The notes below the pieces were generated by a model. The model worked only from the letters and a program-made list of their open reading frames with translations, was not told where the DNA came from and ran no database searches. The position numbers were made by a program, and so were the translations under genes. 51,213 bases of DNA from a virus (taxonomy: Duplodnaviria > Caudoviricetes): positions 1 to 51,213 of the IMG/VR virus record IMGVR_UViG_3300010939_000106, one strand, 5' to 3'. Of the stretch, positions 18,861 through 27,068 are shown piece after piece. Position 1 is the stretch's first letter; each line of letters opens with the position of its first letter.

Positions 18861-19124
18861 TCACGTTTTTGAATTTTTCCGTTTTCCCCTCCGGCGTTTG
18901 GCCAAGCCGGCACGGGCGAGAAGCATCCCGACGCCACGACTACCGCGACCGAACTTCACACCAGGGTTGTCTCTCAGGGTGCTGCGCGCCCCGACATCGG
19001 ACAACACTCGAATGGGATACGGTTTCCCACTCGGACCAACCCGGAAGCGCACCCTGTCGCCCTTGTTCGGTCCCCGAGTTATCCTTTTCGTAAAGGTCGT
19101 ACCAGGCTTGAAAGGCTCCGGCAT
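18861..19124 (-). CDS. Small, highly basic protein
   Basis: RBS AAGGAG; Lys/Arg-rich; ends LLARAGLAKRRRGKRKNSKT. Confidence 0.6.
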   Translation of the reverse strand: MPEPFKPGTTFTKRITRGPNKGDRVRFRVGPSGKPYPIRVLSDVGARSTLRDNPGVKFGRGSRGVGMLLARAGLAKRRRGKRKNSKT

Positions 19125-19173
19125 GTCTCAACTCCTTCTTTCAACAGATCGGGATTTCTCAAGAAACGGGGGG

Positions 19174-19986
19174 CTACGCAGGGCTGAAGCAGCCACAACC
19201 ACCCCAATCAAATAATTCTTCCTGCTCCCCAGCCTCAATGCGCTTACGAAAATCGCGCAGGGTCAGAGGGCGCCGTGGACCGCCCCCACTGCGGTCAACA
19301 AGTATTGCCACATCCTTGCCAAGATACTTCCGCAATTCTTGCTCACGTTGCTCGTGGTAGGCGTACCGTTCAGGCATTTTCTCTAGCAGTAGCCGGAAAT
19401 GAGTCTGCCCGGCTTTGATACAGAACCCACCACAGTTGTTGTGCGGGAATCCCATTTCGTACAACCTGGGAGGCGCGATGCCAGCCGCCTTTAACATGTG
19501 GAGAATATCGTCTTTCAGGATTAGCGGAGGGGTGCAAAGCGGAGCCTCAACGACCCACGGCATCCAATACTTCTGCGCCGCGATAAAGCGGTGTTCCTCC
19601 GTCCAATCAATGCCTAAGTAGATAACAGCAGCACTTGCTTCGCATCTCGCCTCGATCCACTTCCTCAAGAATTGCCGCTTTAGAACTTTGGAACACGGAT
19701 CAATCCGCGGGTTGCCGAGAAATTTCACATCAAAGAACACCTGCCAGGGATCACGACCCTCTTTTAGAATGAGCAACTGCGCCCCTAAATACTCCGCACC
19801 TTCTTCCATGAACCTGTAGAGGTCTTCGTCCTCGATCAACGTATTAGCAAACAATAGAAGAACGGCCGCCGCTCCGTGTTTGTCTACGATACGCTGCGCA
19901 GCGGCGAAAGATCCAAGCCCGCCAGAAAACATAACGATATGCGCTATGCCATGCTCGTCGCGGGGGATTTCAGTAATCACCTTCAC
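19174..19986 (-). CDS. PAPS reductase-like / PP-loop adenine nucleotide hydrolase family protein
   Basis: PP-loop-like VMFSGGLGS, EDEDLYRF, CSKVLK, GFPHNNCGGFCIKAG, C-terminal GCGCF; visibly lower GC than neighbours. Confidence 0.8.
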   Translation of the reverse strand: MKVITEIPRDEHGIAHIVMFSGGLGSFAAAQRIVDKHGAAAVLLLFANTLIEDEDLYRFMEEGAEYLGAQLLILKEGRDPWQVFFDVKFLGNPRIDPCSKVLKRQFLRKWIEARCEASAAVIYLGIDWTEEHRFIAAQKYWMPWVVEAPLCTPPLILKDDILHMLKAAGIAPPRLYEMGFPHNNCGGFCIKAGQTHFRLLLEKMPERYAYHEQREQELRKYLGKDVAILVDRSGGGPRRPLTLRDFRKRIEAGEQEELFDWGGCGCFSPA

Positions 19987-20028
19987 TCCTCTTCTTGTCT
20001 CTCTGTTTCGGCTATCTTAGGCCGCTTG
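19976..20028. repeat. Direct repeat copy B (partner at 18802-18855)
   Basis: atcaccttcactcctcttcttgtctctctgtttcggctatcttaggccgcttg. Confidence 0.85.
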
Positions 20029-20327
20029 ACGGGCTCCGTATTGAGCGCCGTGAAAATTTGCAGCCCCACTTTCCGCGCGCCTTCGTGGACGTGTGTCTCG
20101 TAAACGTCGCCCTCTACATAGGACAAATCTAACAGGCGGCACCATGCAAGCACCTGGTTAAGCACGCGGCGGCCTTCCGCGGTGTCTAAGAAAACTCGGC
20201 GGAAATCCCGCCAGCGATCCGTCTCCGTGTAGCGCGGGCCGAGCTCGGCGCGTCTCAAATCCTCGAGAAAGCCCTCGATGTCCGGTTGTTCGCGCAAACG
20301 TCGCGACAACCACCGTGGCAATTTCAC
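19983..20327 (-). CDS. Bbp19-like small head-module protein
   Basis: FRRVFLDTAEGRRVL...EGARKVGLQI motif between portal and scaffold. Confidence 0.72.
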   Translation of the reverse strand: MKLPRWLSRRLREQPDIEGFLEDLRRAELGPRYTETDRWRDFRRVFLDTAEGRRVLNQVLAWCRLLDLSYVEGDVYETHVHEGARKVGLQIFTALNTEPVKRPKIAETERQEEE

Positions 20328-20345
20328 TGTCCGGCCCAGTCAGCC

Positions 20346-21959
20346 CTATGGCTGTCCCAGCGGCAGCTTGGAGACTCCTTCCGCCAAGCGTTCGGCGTCG
20401 GCCTTCGCGGCCTCCGCTTCCTGCGCCTGTCGGCGCGCCTCTCTTATCTCCTGCACCTGTTCGATCGGGCGTATCCATCTTGGCCGCATGTCGCTCCCCT
20501 CGGCAACGTCGCGGGCGATCGTGTTACTGTCGAAATTGTCCATGATTGTCGGATCCGCCGCCACGAACGGCGCCAGCACATCGATCGTGGCCATCGCCGC
20601 CGCGATCTCGATCTGTTTTTGCGCTTTCTGAATTGCGGAGGCGTATTCGAATTTGACGCGCCGGCCCCGAAGCGCCTCGGGCAGCTCGGCGAAGACGCCG
20701 GCCCGGAGAAGAATGCCGAATACCCGCTCGGTGATCGGAGCGATATAGCCCGTTTCCAGTCGGGCGAATGTCGGGCCGATGACCCGCAGGAATTCCTGCC
20801 GACGCTCAAGGATCTCCGTCGCGGTCATCTGCTTGCCTGGTACCGGAAGCTGCAGAACGTTGCGGAAGAACGCCGCCCAGATCTGTTCCCGGGTCTGGTT
20901 CTGCATCTCCAGCGTCAGGGGCAGATTGGCCCCGGTTTGCAGCGGCTGGATCGGCACTCCGCCGCCGCGGCGGAACAAAGAGGCGTCGTAATAGGTAATG
21001 CCGCCCGGGAACAGCCGAGGCGCGCCGATCACGCCGTCGTCCGGGGCAAGGAGCGGCGGGTCGGCTATCTTTTGGCCGGTCCTGAGCATCGTCCTGCCCA
21101 TCACATTCAGGGTGTTCGCGTCCGGCAAGGCCAGCATCCCGGGCGAGCGGCCGTAGACTTCACCCGTGGCCGTGTCCCACCGCGGTACCGCAAATGGGAA
21201 CTCGTGAAATCCGCTCTCCTCGATCACATGCTCGGAAGCGATCTCGATCACGAACGAGGCGAAAGGCATGTTCCGGTTGTCGAGCCGCCCAGGCTCGCGT
21301 TCCCGGCGCGGGAAGACCGCGTGCAGGAAACGAAACTCCTTGTCCGGCTCATCGTCGGTCAGCGCCGCGCGCACCTTTTCTCCCAACGCTTCGCGGCCGA
21401 ACGCCTGCTCGGCTTGGCGCGCGGTGTATTTGAAGGTGCGGAAGACGGTGTCGATGTCACCTTCCGCGTTCTCCGCAATGTAGGTGTCCGCGAGCCGCAG
21501 GCTCCGGAACAACAGCTCGCCCTTGCCCAGCTTCTCGCCGATGAACAACAGCCCGGTTCCGAAGGTCACGAGATCGTTGTCGACCTCGCCGGTCCGCTCC
21601 AGAAACTTGGCCCCAGGCGAATATATCGCGGTCCGTGTCAGCCGTGTGCTGTTCTCGAGCCACGCCCTGACACCATCGTCCTCGTTCAGCTCCTCGTCTT
21701 CGGCGCGAACCTCGGCCCAGTTCGAGGTCTTGGGCTTGAGCATGGCGTCGAGGGCCGACGCCAAGCCCCTCACGGCCTGCATCGGCGTCCCGTCGAAGTT
21801 GTCTTCCGTGCGCTTGGCCCCCGCCGTCTGCTGTGCCGTGAAGTCGGCTCGCCGGGGCAGGAACCGCTCGGCCAGCTCTTGCCAGTGGCTTTCCCAGGTC
21901 GATCGCGCGGCCTTGAGCCGGTTGAACCGGCTTATCAGATCCTTCGCCTGCTCGGCCAC
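20346..21959 (-). CDS. Portal (head-tail connector) protein
   Basis: WESHWQELAERFLP, DLVTFGTG, VPRW...GEVYGRSP, MTATEILER. Confidence 0.95.
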   Translation of the reverse strand: MAEQAKDLISRFNRLKAARSTWESHWQELAERFLPRRADFTAQQTAGAKRTEDNFDGTPMQAVRGLASALDAMLKPKTSNWAEVRAEDEELNEDDGVRAWLENSTRLTRTAIYSPGAKFLERTGEVDNDLVTFGTGLLFIGEKLGKGELLFRSLRLADTYIAENAEGDIDTVFRTFKYTARQAEQAFGREALGEKVRAALTDDEPDKEFRFLHAVFPRREREPGRLDNRNMPFASFVIEIASEHVIEESGFHEFPFAVPRWDTATGEVYGRSPGMLALPDANTLNVMGRTMLRTGQKIADPPLLAPDDGVIGAPRLFPGGITYYDASLFRRGGGVPIQPLQTGANLPLTLEMQNQTREQIWAAFFRNVLQLPVPGKQMTATEILERRQEFLRVIGPTFARLETGYIAPITERVFGILLRAGVFAELPEALRGRRVKFEYASAIQKAQKQIEIAAAMATIDVLAPFVAADPTIMDNFDSNTIARDVAEGSDMRPRWIRPIEQVQEIREARRQAQEAEAAKADAERLAEGVSKLPLGQP

Positions 21960-21964
21960 GGCTT

Positions 21965-22204
21965 CTACGCTTTCCTCCGCACCAAGCCCGCGCGCTCCAG
22001 CGCGGGCTCGCTCATGTTCACGGTGATCTCTGGGTTCACGGCGGAATATGTCTTCGTTGTCTGGAAATCTGACGGCTCCCCCTTCTTGCCCTTTTTCTCA
22101 ACCGTCCTTGAAATGATCCAGCCGTTGTTGATTCGCTTAATGGAAACCGTGACATCCTCTTTGCCGTCACCGCTCAAAACCGTCTTGTGTCTGTGCTCAG
22201 CCAT
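21965..22204 (-). CDS. Small basic protein
   Basis: 79 aa; ends PALERAGLVRRKA. Confidence 0.6.
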   Translation of the reverse strand: MAEHRHKTVLSGDGKEDVTVSIKRINNGWIISRTVEKKGKKGEPSDFQTTKTYSAVNPEITVNMSEPALERAGLVRRKA

Positions 22205-22242
22205 TGACCTATCCCTTCAACTGCCGCGCCCACAGATGTTAG

Positions 22243-22482
22243 TCATCGCGGCCGATGCTTCGCGAATGTCCTGGCGAGCGCGGCCCGGCGCTTCGTCTTC
22301 GTGCTGCCGCGGCGTGCAAGCTCGTCCAGGTCGGCCGCGCTCAAGGTCTCATCGCCCTTGATCAGGCCCATGCGCTTGGCGATGGCGCGCAGCGCTCCTT
22401 TCGTGCCCCGGCGCTTGATGCCGGCCGCGATCGCGGACAATGGTTTTTTCCTCCGCCGCTCGGCCGCCGTGTGCGAAGGCAC
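22243..22482 (-). CDS. Small basic protein
   Basis: GTG start after GAGGGG; KGALRAIAK...KRRAALARTFAKHR. Confidence 0.6.
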   Translation of the reverse strand: MPSHTAAERRRKKPLSAIAAGIKRRGTKGALRAIAKRMGLIKGDETLSAADLDELARRGSTKTKRRAALARTFAKHRPR

Positions 22483-22486
22483 CCCC

Positions 22487-22708
22487 TCATCCCCTCCTGC
22501 GTTTGACCAGCCCGGCCCGGGCGAGCCGCGCCCCGACGGCATCGCTCTTCCTCGCCGGCGTGTTTATGGCGCGGGCTTGTCGTTCGGCTTTGGCCCGGCT
22601 CCTGTGGCCGCCGCCGTCGCGCGGGGCGCCCTTCGCGCCCGTCGCAATTGTCCCGTCCTCCTCGACGATGCGGAACTTATCCCCGCGCCGCGCCACCTTC
22701 ACGGGCAT
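22487..22708 (-). CDS. Small basic protein
   Basis: MPVKVARRGDKFRIVE...KAERQARAIN; ends RLARAGLVKRRRG. Confidence 0.62.
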   Translation of the reverse strand: MPVKVARRGDKFRIVEEDGTIATGAKGAPRDGGGHRSRAKAERQARAINTPARKSDAVGARLARAGLVKRRRG

Positions 22709-22762
22709 CGCGCGGTATCCCGTATGGCCGCCGGATCAACAATGATCACGCCGCACGCTTGC

Positions 22763-23065
22763 CTACGTGTTGGAGATGACGGCCACCTTGTCGCCGCCCT
22801 CGACACCAAACATCTCCGTCGCCCCAGCATCGAATCTGGCGTCCGAGGTCGTCGCCGTCGGATTAGCCCCGAATTTCACGCTGCAGATCACGTCGGTGTG
22901 CAGGCGCACGAACTTCGTCCGTGCGTTGAAGGCCGCCGACTGCACGCTCGCGCCGCCGATCGCGACGGTCTGGCTCGCCAACGCCGGCTCCTGCCCGATC
23001 TGAACCGGCTTCCCCATGTCGTCAACGGCCAGTTTGGCGTATTCCTGGATGTACAAAGTCGCCAT
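22763..23065 (-). CDS. Hypothetical beta-rich (possibly virion) protein
   Basis: QSAAFNARTKFVRL...FGANPTATT...KVAVI. Confidence 0.65.
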   Translation of the reverse strand: MATLYIQEYAKLAVDDMGKPVQIGQEPALASQTVAIGGASVQSAAFNARTKFVRLHTDVICSVKFGANPTATTSDARFDAGATEMFGVEGGDKVAVISNT

Positions 23066-23069
23066 GGCC

Positions 23070-23282
23070 TTAGGCTCCCAACAGCGTCTTGCGTACGACC
23101 GGAGCCTCGCTCACGTCGCCCAGACCGCTGGTCAAAATGGTCTTGCCGCCCCGGGCCCGCCGCTTCTGTGCCGCGAGCCGGGCCTTGCGCTTCGCCTCCT
23201 CCACCGCCGGATCGGTGATCTTGGGCAACGGCGGTATCGACGGCAAGGGCGGTGGTTTGGGTGAGCTGAACAGTGAAGTCAT
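23070..23282 (-). CDS. Small virion protein (T7 gp7.3-like position)
   Basis: Pro-rich N-terminus, RGGKTILTSGLG, C-terminal RKTLLGA. Confidence 0.7.
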   Translation of the reverse strand: MTSLFSSPKPPPLPSIPPLPKITDPAVEEAKRKARLAAQKRRARGGKTILTSGLGDVSEAPVVRKTLLGA

Positions 23283-23285
23283 GGC

Positions 23286-23552
23286 TCAGGCTCCCTTCAC
23301 GGCGGCGCCCAGCCGCTTGGCGATGGTCTCTGCAGCCGCCGATGCCTGCTCCAATGCGTCCTTGATCTCGGGCTTCTTCGCCATTCCGGCGATCCGCTTC
23401 ATCTCCTCGGCCAGACCCATGACGCCCGTCGCCTCGCGCTTCACGATCCCGACCGCCTGAGCGTACATATCAGCCGCGCTCGGGCGCTTCGTCTTCGGCT
23501 TGGCCGAGGCCTTCATCTTGATTTCAGGCGCTTTGCTCTTTCGCTTGGGCAT
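23286..23552 (-). CDS. Small Lys/Ala-rich hypothetical protein
   Basis: RBS AAAGGGA; 88 aa. Confidence 0.55.
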   Translation of the reverse strand: MPKRKSKAPEIKMKASAKPKTKRPSAADMYAQAVGIVKREATGVMGLAEEMKRIAGMAKKPEIKDALEQASAAAETIAKRLGAAVKGA

Positions 23553-23569
23553 GATTCATCCCTTTCCTG

Positions 23570-23804
23570 TCACGATCCTAAAAGCGTCTTACGGGTCACG
23601 GTGCCGTCGCCGGTCTGGGCGAGAGTGCCCCGGCTGCCGATCACCTCGCGCCGCGTCTGGCGCTTGCTTGATTTCTTTCTCAGGTCGGCTGATTCAAAGG
23701 GCAGAAGTCTCAAGAAGGCCCCCTCGTGTCCGTCCCTGAAGCTCTCTCTTCGCAGTCTCAGACAGTGGCAACTGCGGCCTCACGGTCTCAAATAGCGCGG
23801 CCAT
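23570..23804 (-). other. Split ORF resembling the RKTLLG protein: 36-codon ORF (23694-23804) plus a +1-frame ORF (23570-23713)
   Basis: Hand translation: MAALFETVRPQLPLSETAKRELQGRTRGGLLETSAL-stop, then in the +1 frame ...FESADLRKKSSKRQTRREVIGSRGTLAQTGDGTVTRKTLLGS-stop. Confidence 0.45.
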
Positions 23805-23806
23805 CG

Positions 23807-24295
23807 CTACGATCCTTTCGTCAGATGCTTGAACAGTTGGAACGGCGTGACGATCCACCACGCCCTGATCCCAAGGACCCGCTTGACCGCTTCGGCACAG
23901 GTGCAGAGGGCCGGAGGCAGGGGCCGGCGCACGGCATTGCGAACAAACGTCGGCACCACCCGATAGCCCAACTCCCGGTAGAACGCGGCGATCTCATCCC
24001 CAGAAACCTCTGCCAGGATCGAGATATCAGTGTGATGCGCCAGAGGTTCCAACAAAAGCCAACCGGAGCCTTTGTCGATGAGCACGAAGCAGTGGCGGAA
24101 ACCAGCCTTGAGGCGCCGGCCCGACCACAAGTGGCAGGCGTCGGTGAAGACAACCAATGCGTTGAGCAGTCGAGGCACGCTGACGGTCTTGTCAAGTGCC
24201 CTTAACACTTCCGCCGCGCTGACAATCTCGTTACCGGAGGCAAGCAGCGGCGGGCTGACGGCCCTCTGTGCTGCCCTCAATATGGCGTCATTCAT
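23807..24295 (-). CDS. Conserved-looking phage protein, possible permuted papain-like fold (His before Cys)
   Basis: LKAGFRHCFVL ... TCAEAVKRVLG ... TPFQLFKHL; start uncertain. Confidence 0.55.
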   Translation of the reverse strand: MNDAILRAAQRAVSPPLLASGNEIVSAAEVLRALDKTVSVPRLLNALVVFTDACHLWSGRRLKAGFRHCFVLIDKGSGWLLLEPLAHHTDISILAEVSGDEIAAFYRELGYRVVPTFVRNAVRRPLPPALCTCAEAVKRVLGIRAWWIVTPFQLFKHLTKGS

Positions 24296-24401
24296 AGCCT
24301 TGGAGGGCGGCCTGGTGGAGGCGGGTGTGATCGGACGGCGTTTGGAGTTTTCGTGCCATCGAGGGCGCACGCCCCCGAATCTTGGGGGCAAAACCTAGCG
24401 G

Positions 24402-24437
24402 TTTTTGTTCGAAATGTTCACAACTTTTTTGTTCGAA
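24402..24437. promoter_or_regulatory. Direct repeat TTTTTGTTCGAA x2 upstream of the structural operon
   Basis: Identical 12-mers at 24402-24413 and 24426-24437 in an AT-rich gap after DUF6362. Confidence 0.45.
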
Positions 24438-24455
24438 CACTTTTCCGACGCGATT

Positions 24456-24896
24456 TCAGGCACTTAGATTCAGCCTTGTCGCGATCTTCAGGAGGGCGAC
24501 GGTCCACATCTGCCACGCCTTCGTCCGGCCGAGCCCAAGCTCCGCCGTGAGGACCTTCCACCTGCACCGCCAAGCCCGCCCCCAGACCAGCTGCCGCTCG
24601 ACCGGATCGAGCCACTCGTTCGCCCAACCGATGGTCTCGTCCAGCTGGTCGATGTCCTTGGGCTCGGCGGCGGCATGGCCGAAGGCCGCCGGCCCGTAGC
24701 CATAGGCTTCTTCGTAGCTGCGGATCACCTCGGGCCACGAGCTGGTGTAGCCCTGCGGCACGTCACGGTTGGTCAGGCCCGGTAGCCGGCGCAGCGTATC
24801 GACCGCCTGGCGGAACCGCTCGTGAACGAGCGGCGGCGTCCACTGTGGCAGCTGGGACCGGGTGGTGGGTTCGACGGTGGTCATTCTCACGGCCAC
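24456..24896 (-). CDS. DUF6362-family protein (putative late transcription regulator, C-terminal HTH)
   Basis: WTPPLVHERFRQAVDTLRRLP, PQGYTSSWP, QLVWGRA...WK...LGLGRTKAW...ALLKIA.RLN. Confidence 0.75.
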   Translation of the reverse strand: MAVRMTTVEPTTRSQLPQWTPPLVHERFRQAVDTLRRLPGLTNRDVPQGYTSSWPEVIRSYEEAYGYGPAAFGHAAAEPKDIDQLDETIGWANEWLDPVERQLVWGRAWRCRWKVLTAELGLGRTKAWQMWTVALLKIATRLNLSA

Positions 24897-24920
24897 AAGA
24901 TCATCACCTCGGCTCCCGCA

Positions 24921-26432
24921 TCACCATGGCCGCCGCCCGCCGAAGGCCGCCAAGTCGTCAGCGTCGGGCTCCATGATCGCCCGCTCCGGAAGCCGCCGGC
25001 GATCCTGTTCCCGGCGCTGGTGCCCCCTCATCTCGTGATACTCGCCGCCGCCGGAGAGGGCATACTGCAGCCCATCGTGGGGATGGCTGAAGGCGTTCTT
25101 CTCCGGCTTCGGGTCGTACTCGGGCCCGCCCGAGCCGCGCCGGCGGCGGTAGCGGTAGCCCGAGTTGAAGCCCTTGCGGAGGATCCGGCAGCGCGGCGAC
25201 AGCACATAGCCCGGGATCTCGCCGTCGATCGACCGGGCGAGCGGCCCCCGGACCGCCTCGTGGCGGGCGATGATCTCCTGGGTCGGCGCCGGCTTGACCG
25301 CGAGCCCGATGCCCTTGAGCGCCTCCTCGACGATCTCCAGCCAAGTCTGCTCGCCGCCCTCGCTATCGGCGCCGTGAACAGTCTGCGGATCCGCCCATGC
25401 CGTGCCGGTGAAGCCGTCGTAGCGCTCGATCAGGAGCTGCACCAGCATCTTGGCGAACCGCCTCGGCCCGATCGACTCGTCCTCGCCGACGATGAGCTCA
25501 TCAAGGGTCCGCCACTGGCCGTTCGGCATATGCTGGTTGATGATCGCGGCGGGCGTCAGGCCGGCGTCGAGGCCGAGGACGAGCGGTATCCCGGCGACCG
25601 GCAGGAGCTCCCGGGCCGCGACGTGGCGGCTGTCGGACCACTCCGGATAGACCGGCTTGCCCTCGCGCGAATAGCCGAACTCGTTGCGGATATAGCGCCG
25701 GACATACCACTCCGGCTGCCCCTTGGCCTTCTCGCCGTAGTAGTCGTCACCAATCTTACTGTTCAGGTTCCGGAGATTCTCGGCCTGAGGCGAGAAGCCG
25801 CTCGGCTGGCGGAAGAAGGCGAAGCCCTCGGTCGGCTGGTCCAGGAACTCGCTGTAGGTCCAGTTGTCGGTGTCCGGGGCGTTCATGTCCAAGGTCACCA
25901 TCCAGTCGGTGGCCCCGCCCTCGTCCTTCGGCGGGTAGCGGTTGCACCGCCCGTAGACGTAGGTCAACACATCACGGGACAAGAGGTCCGCCTCGTTGAT
26001 GTAAGCCGAGGTGCCCTCATAGCCGCGCATGACATCCTCGATCTTGTGCTCGCCCAGGCCGATGAACTCGGCAATGATCTCGATCCTTCCCACCCCGTCG
26101 ATCTCGATCAGAACGGTGTGGGTGGCGGGCTGGCCGCCCGCGCCGCCGACCCACTGGCCCACGCTCTTCGGGAACCATCTGTTCCAGGTCGGGATCGTGG
26201 TCTTCTCAAGCTGCCGATAGGTGTCCCGGATGACCGGGAACTTGTAGCGCCGCACCCCGTCGATGGGCGAGGGGGCTTGACGGACCGCCATAAACACGTT
26301 CGCCATCAGGCAGCACGAGGTCTTGCCGCTCCCCTCCGGGCCCATGAGCAGCTTGACCCGGGCGGGGGAGTCCATGAAGGCCGCCGCCACCGGCCCCGGC
26401 GGGTCGAACCGGATGGAGAAGTCAGTCGCCAT
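24921..26432 (-). CDS. terL: Terminase large subunit
   Basis: Walker A GPEGSGKT, Walker B YINEAD, nuclease motifs GLDAGLTPAA and SHPHDGLQY. Confidence 0.93.
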   Translation of the reverse strand: MATDFSIRFDPPGPVAAAFMDSPARVKLLMGPEGSGKTSCCLMANVFMAVRQAPSPIDGVRRYKFPVIRDTYRQLEKTTIPTWNRWFPKSVGQWVGGAGGQPATHTVLIEIDGVGRIEIIAEFIGLGEHKIEDVMRGYEGTSAYINEADLLSRDVLTYVYGRCNRYPPKDEGGATDWMVTLDMNAPDTDNWTYSEFLDQPTEGFAFFRQPSGFSPQAENLRNLNSKIGDDYYGEKAKGQPEWYVRRYIRNEFGYSREGKPVYPEWSDSRHVAARELLPVAGIPLVLGLDAGLTPAAIINQHMPNGQWRTLDELIVGEDESIGPRRFAKMLVQLLIERYDGFTGTAWADPQTVHGADSEGGEQTWLEIVEEALKGIGLAVKPAPTQEIIARHEAVRGPLARSIDGEIPGYVLSPRCRILRKGFNSGYRYRRRRGSGGPEYDPKPEKNAFSHPHDGLQYALSGGGEYHEMRGHQRREQDRRRLPERAIMEPDADDLAAFGGRRPW

Positions 26433-26758
26433 CAGTCCGCCCGCCGGCGAAGCAGCCGCTGCGGCTGCGAAGACCGGACAGCCCGCTCGTCGGCCTGGCT
26501 TCGCCGAAGGCTTCGCCGGAGACACGCGAATGCCGTTCGCTCCACCCTCCGCAGTAGTGCTGCTATGGAGGCCAGACGCACCCTATCCCGCCGCCTGTGC
26601 AAATATCGCCAGCTTTCAGGCGGCCTTATCGGGACCATAGTCGGGAACTCGAGCCATACGTCTCCGTGGCGCGAGGCGAGACCCGGCGCCCCCTCAACCA
26701 CCACGGCAAGAACAGTTCCATCCTTTGGCGCGCCGGCCGGCCTACGATCCCTTGCCAT
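26432..26758 (-). CDS. Hypothetical protein with APKDGT motif between terS and terL (doubtful)
   Basis: APKDGT recalls the DUF551-type N-terminus; stop overlaps the terL start. Confidence 0.3.
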   Translation of the reverse strand: MARDRRPAGAPKDGTVLAVVVEGAPGLASRHGDVWLEFPTMVPIRPPESWRYLHRRRDRVRLASIAALLRRVERTAFACLRRSLRRSQADERAVRSSQPQRLLRRRAD

Positions 26759-27068
26759 CACCGGCTTTCGCCTCCATCGCCCGCTCGTGCCCGCTCCCGC
26801 CTTCGCCGCGCCCAGCCCGGCTGCAGCGCGATCGTTGTGCCGGCTTCGCCGCGATCGCGCCCTCGGCCGAGGATACCCAAGCTGCTTCCACCCTCCGCCC
26901 TTCGTCACCGAGCACAGCACCGGCCCGGCTTCGCCGAAGGCAAGCCCGGCTGATCTTAAATCAGCAGTTCGCACGGCTAAAAACGGCGGAAAACCAACCG
27001 CTCTCGGCAAACCGTTAGACTCCAAGCCGTTAGACTCTTGCTCGCCGCAACGCCCTAAGTTGTTGAAA

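Noticed and set aside
19174-19986. Complete Dnd phosphorothioation system or bona fide CysH auxiliary gene
   Set aside because: No dndD/dndE/iscS partners in the window, and the C-terminus is GCGCF rather than the CysH ECGLH motif.
26497-26941. GGCTTCGCCGAAGGC palindromes between terS and terL as a pac site
   Set aside because: They look like generic GC-rich REP-type palindromes; a pac site cannot be assigned without read-end data.
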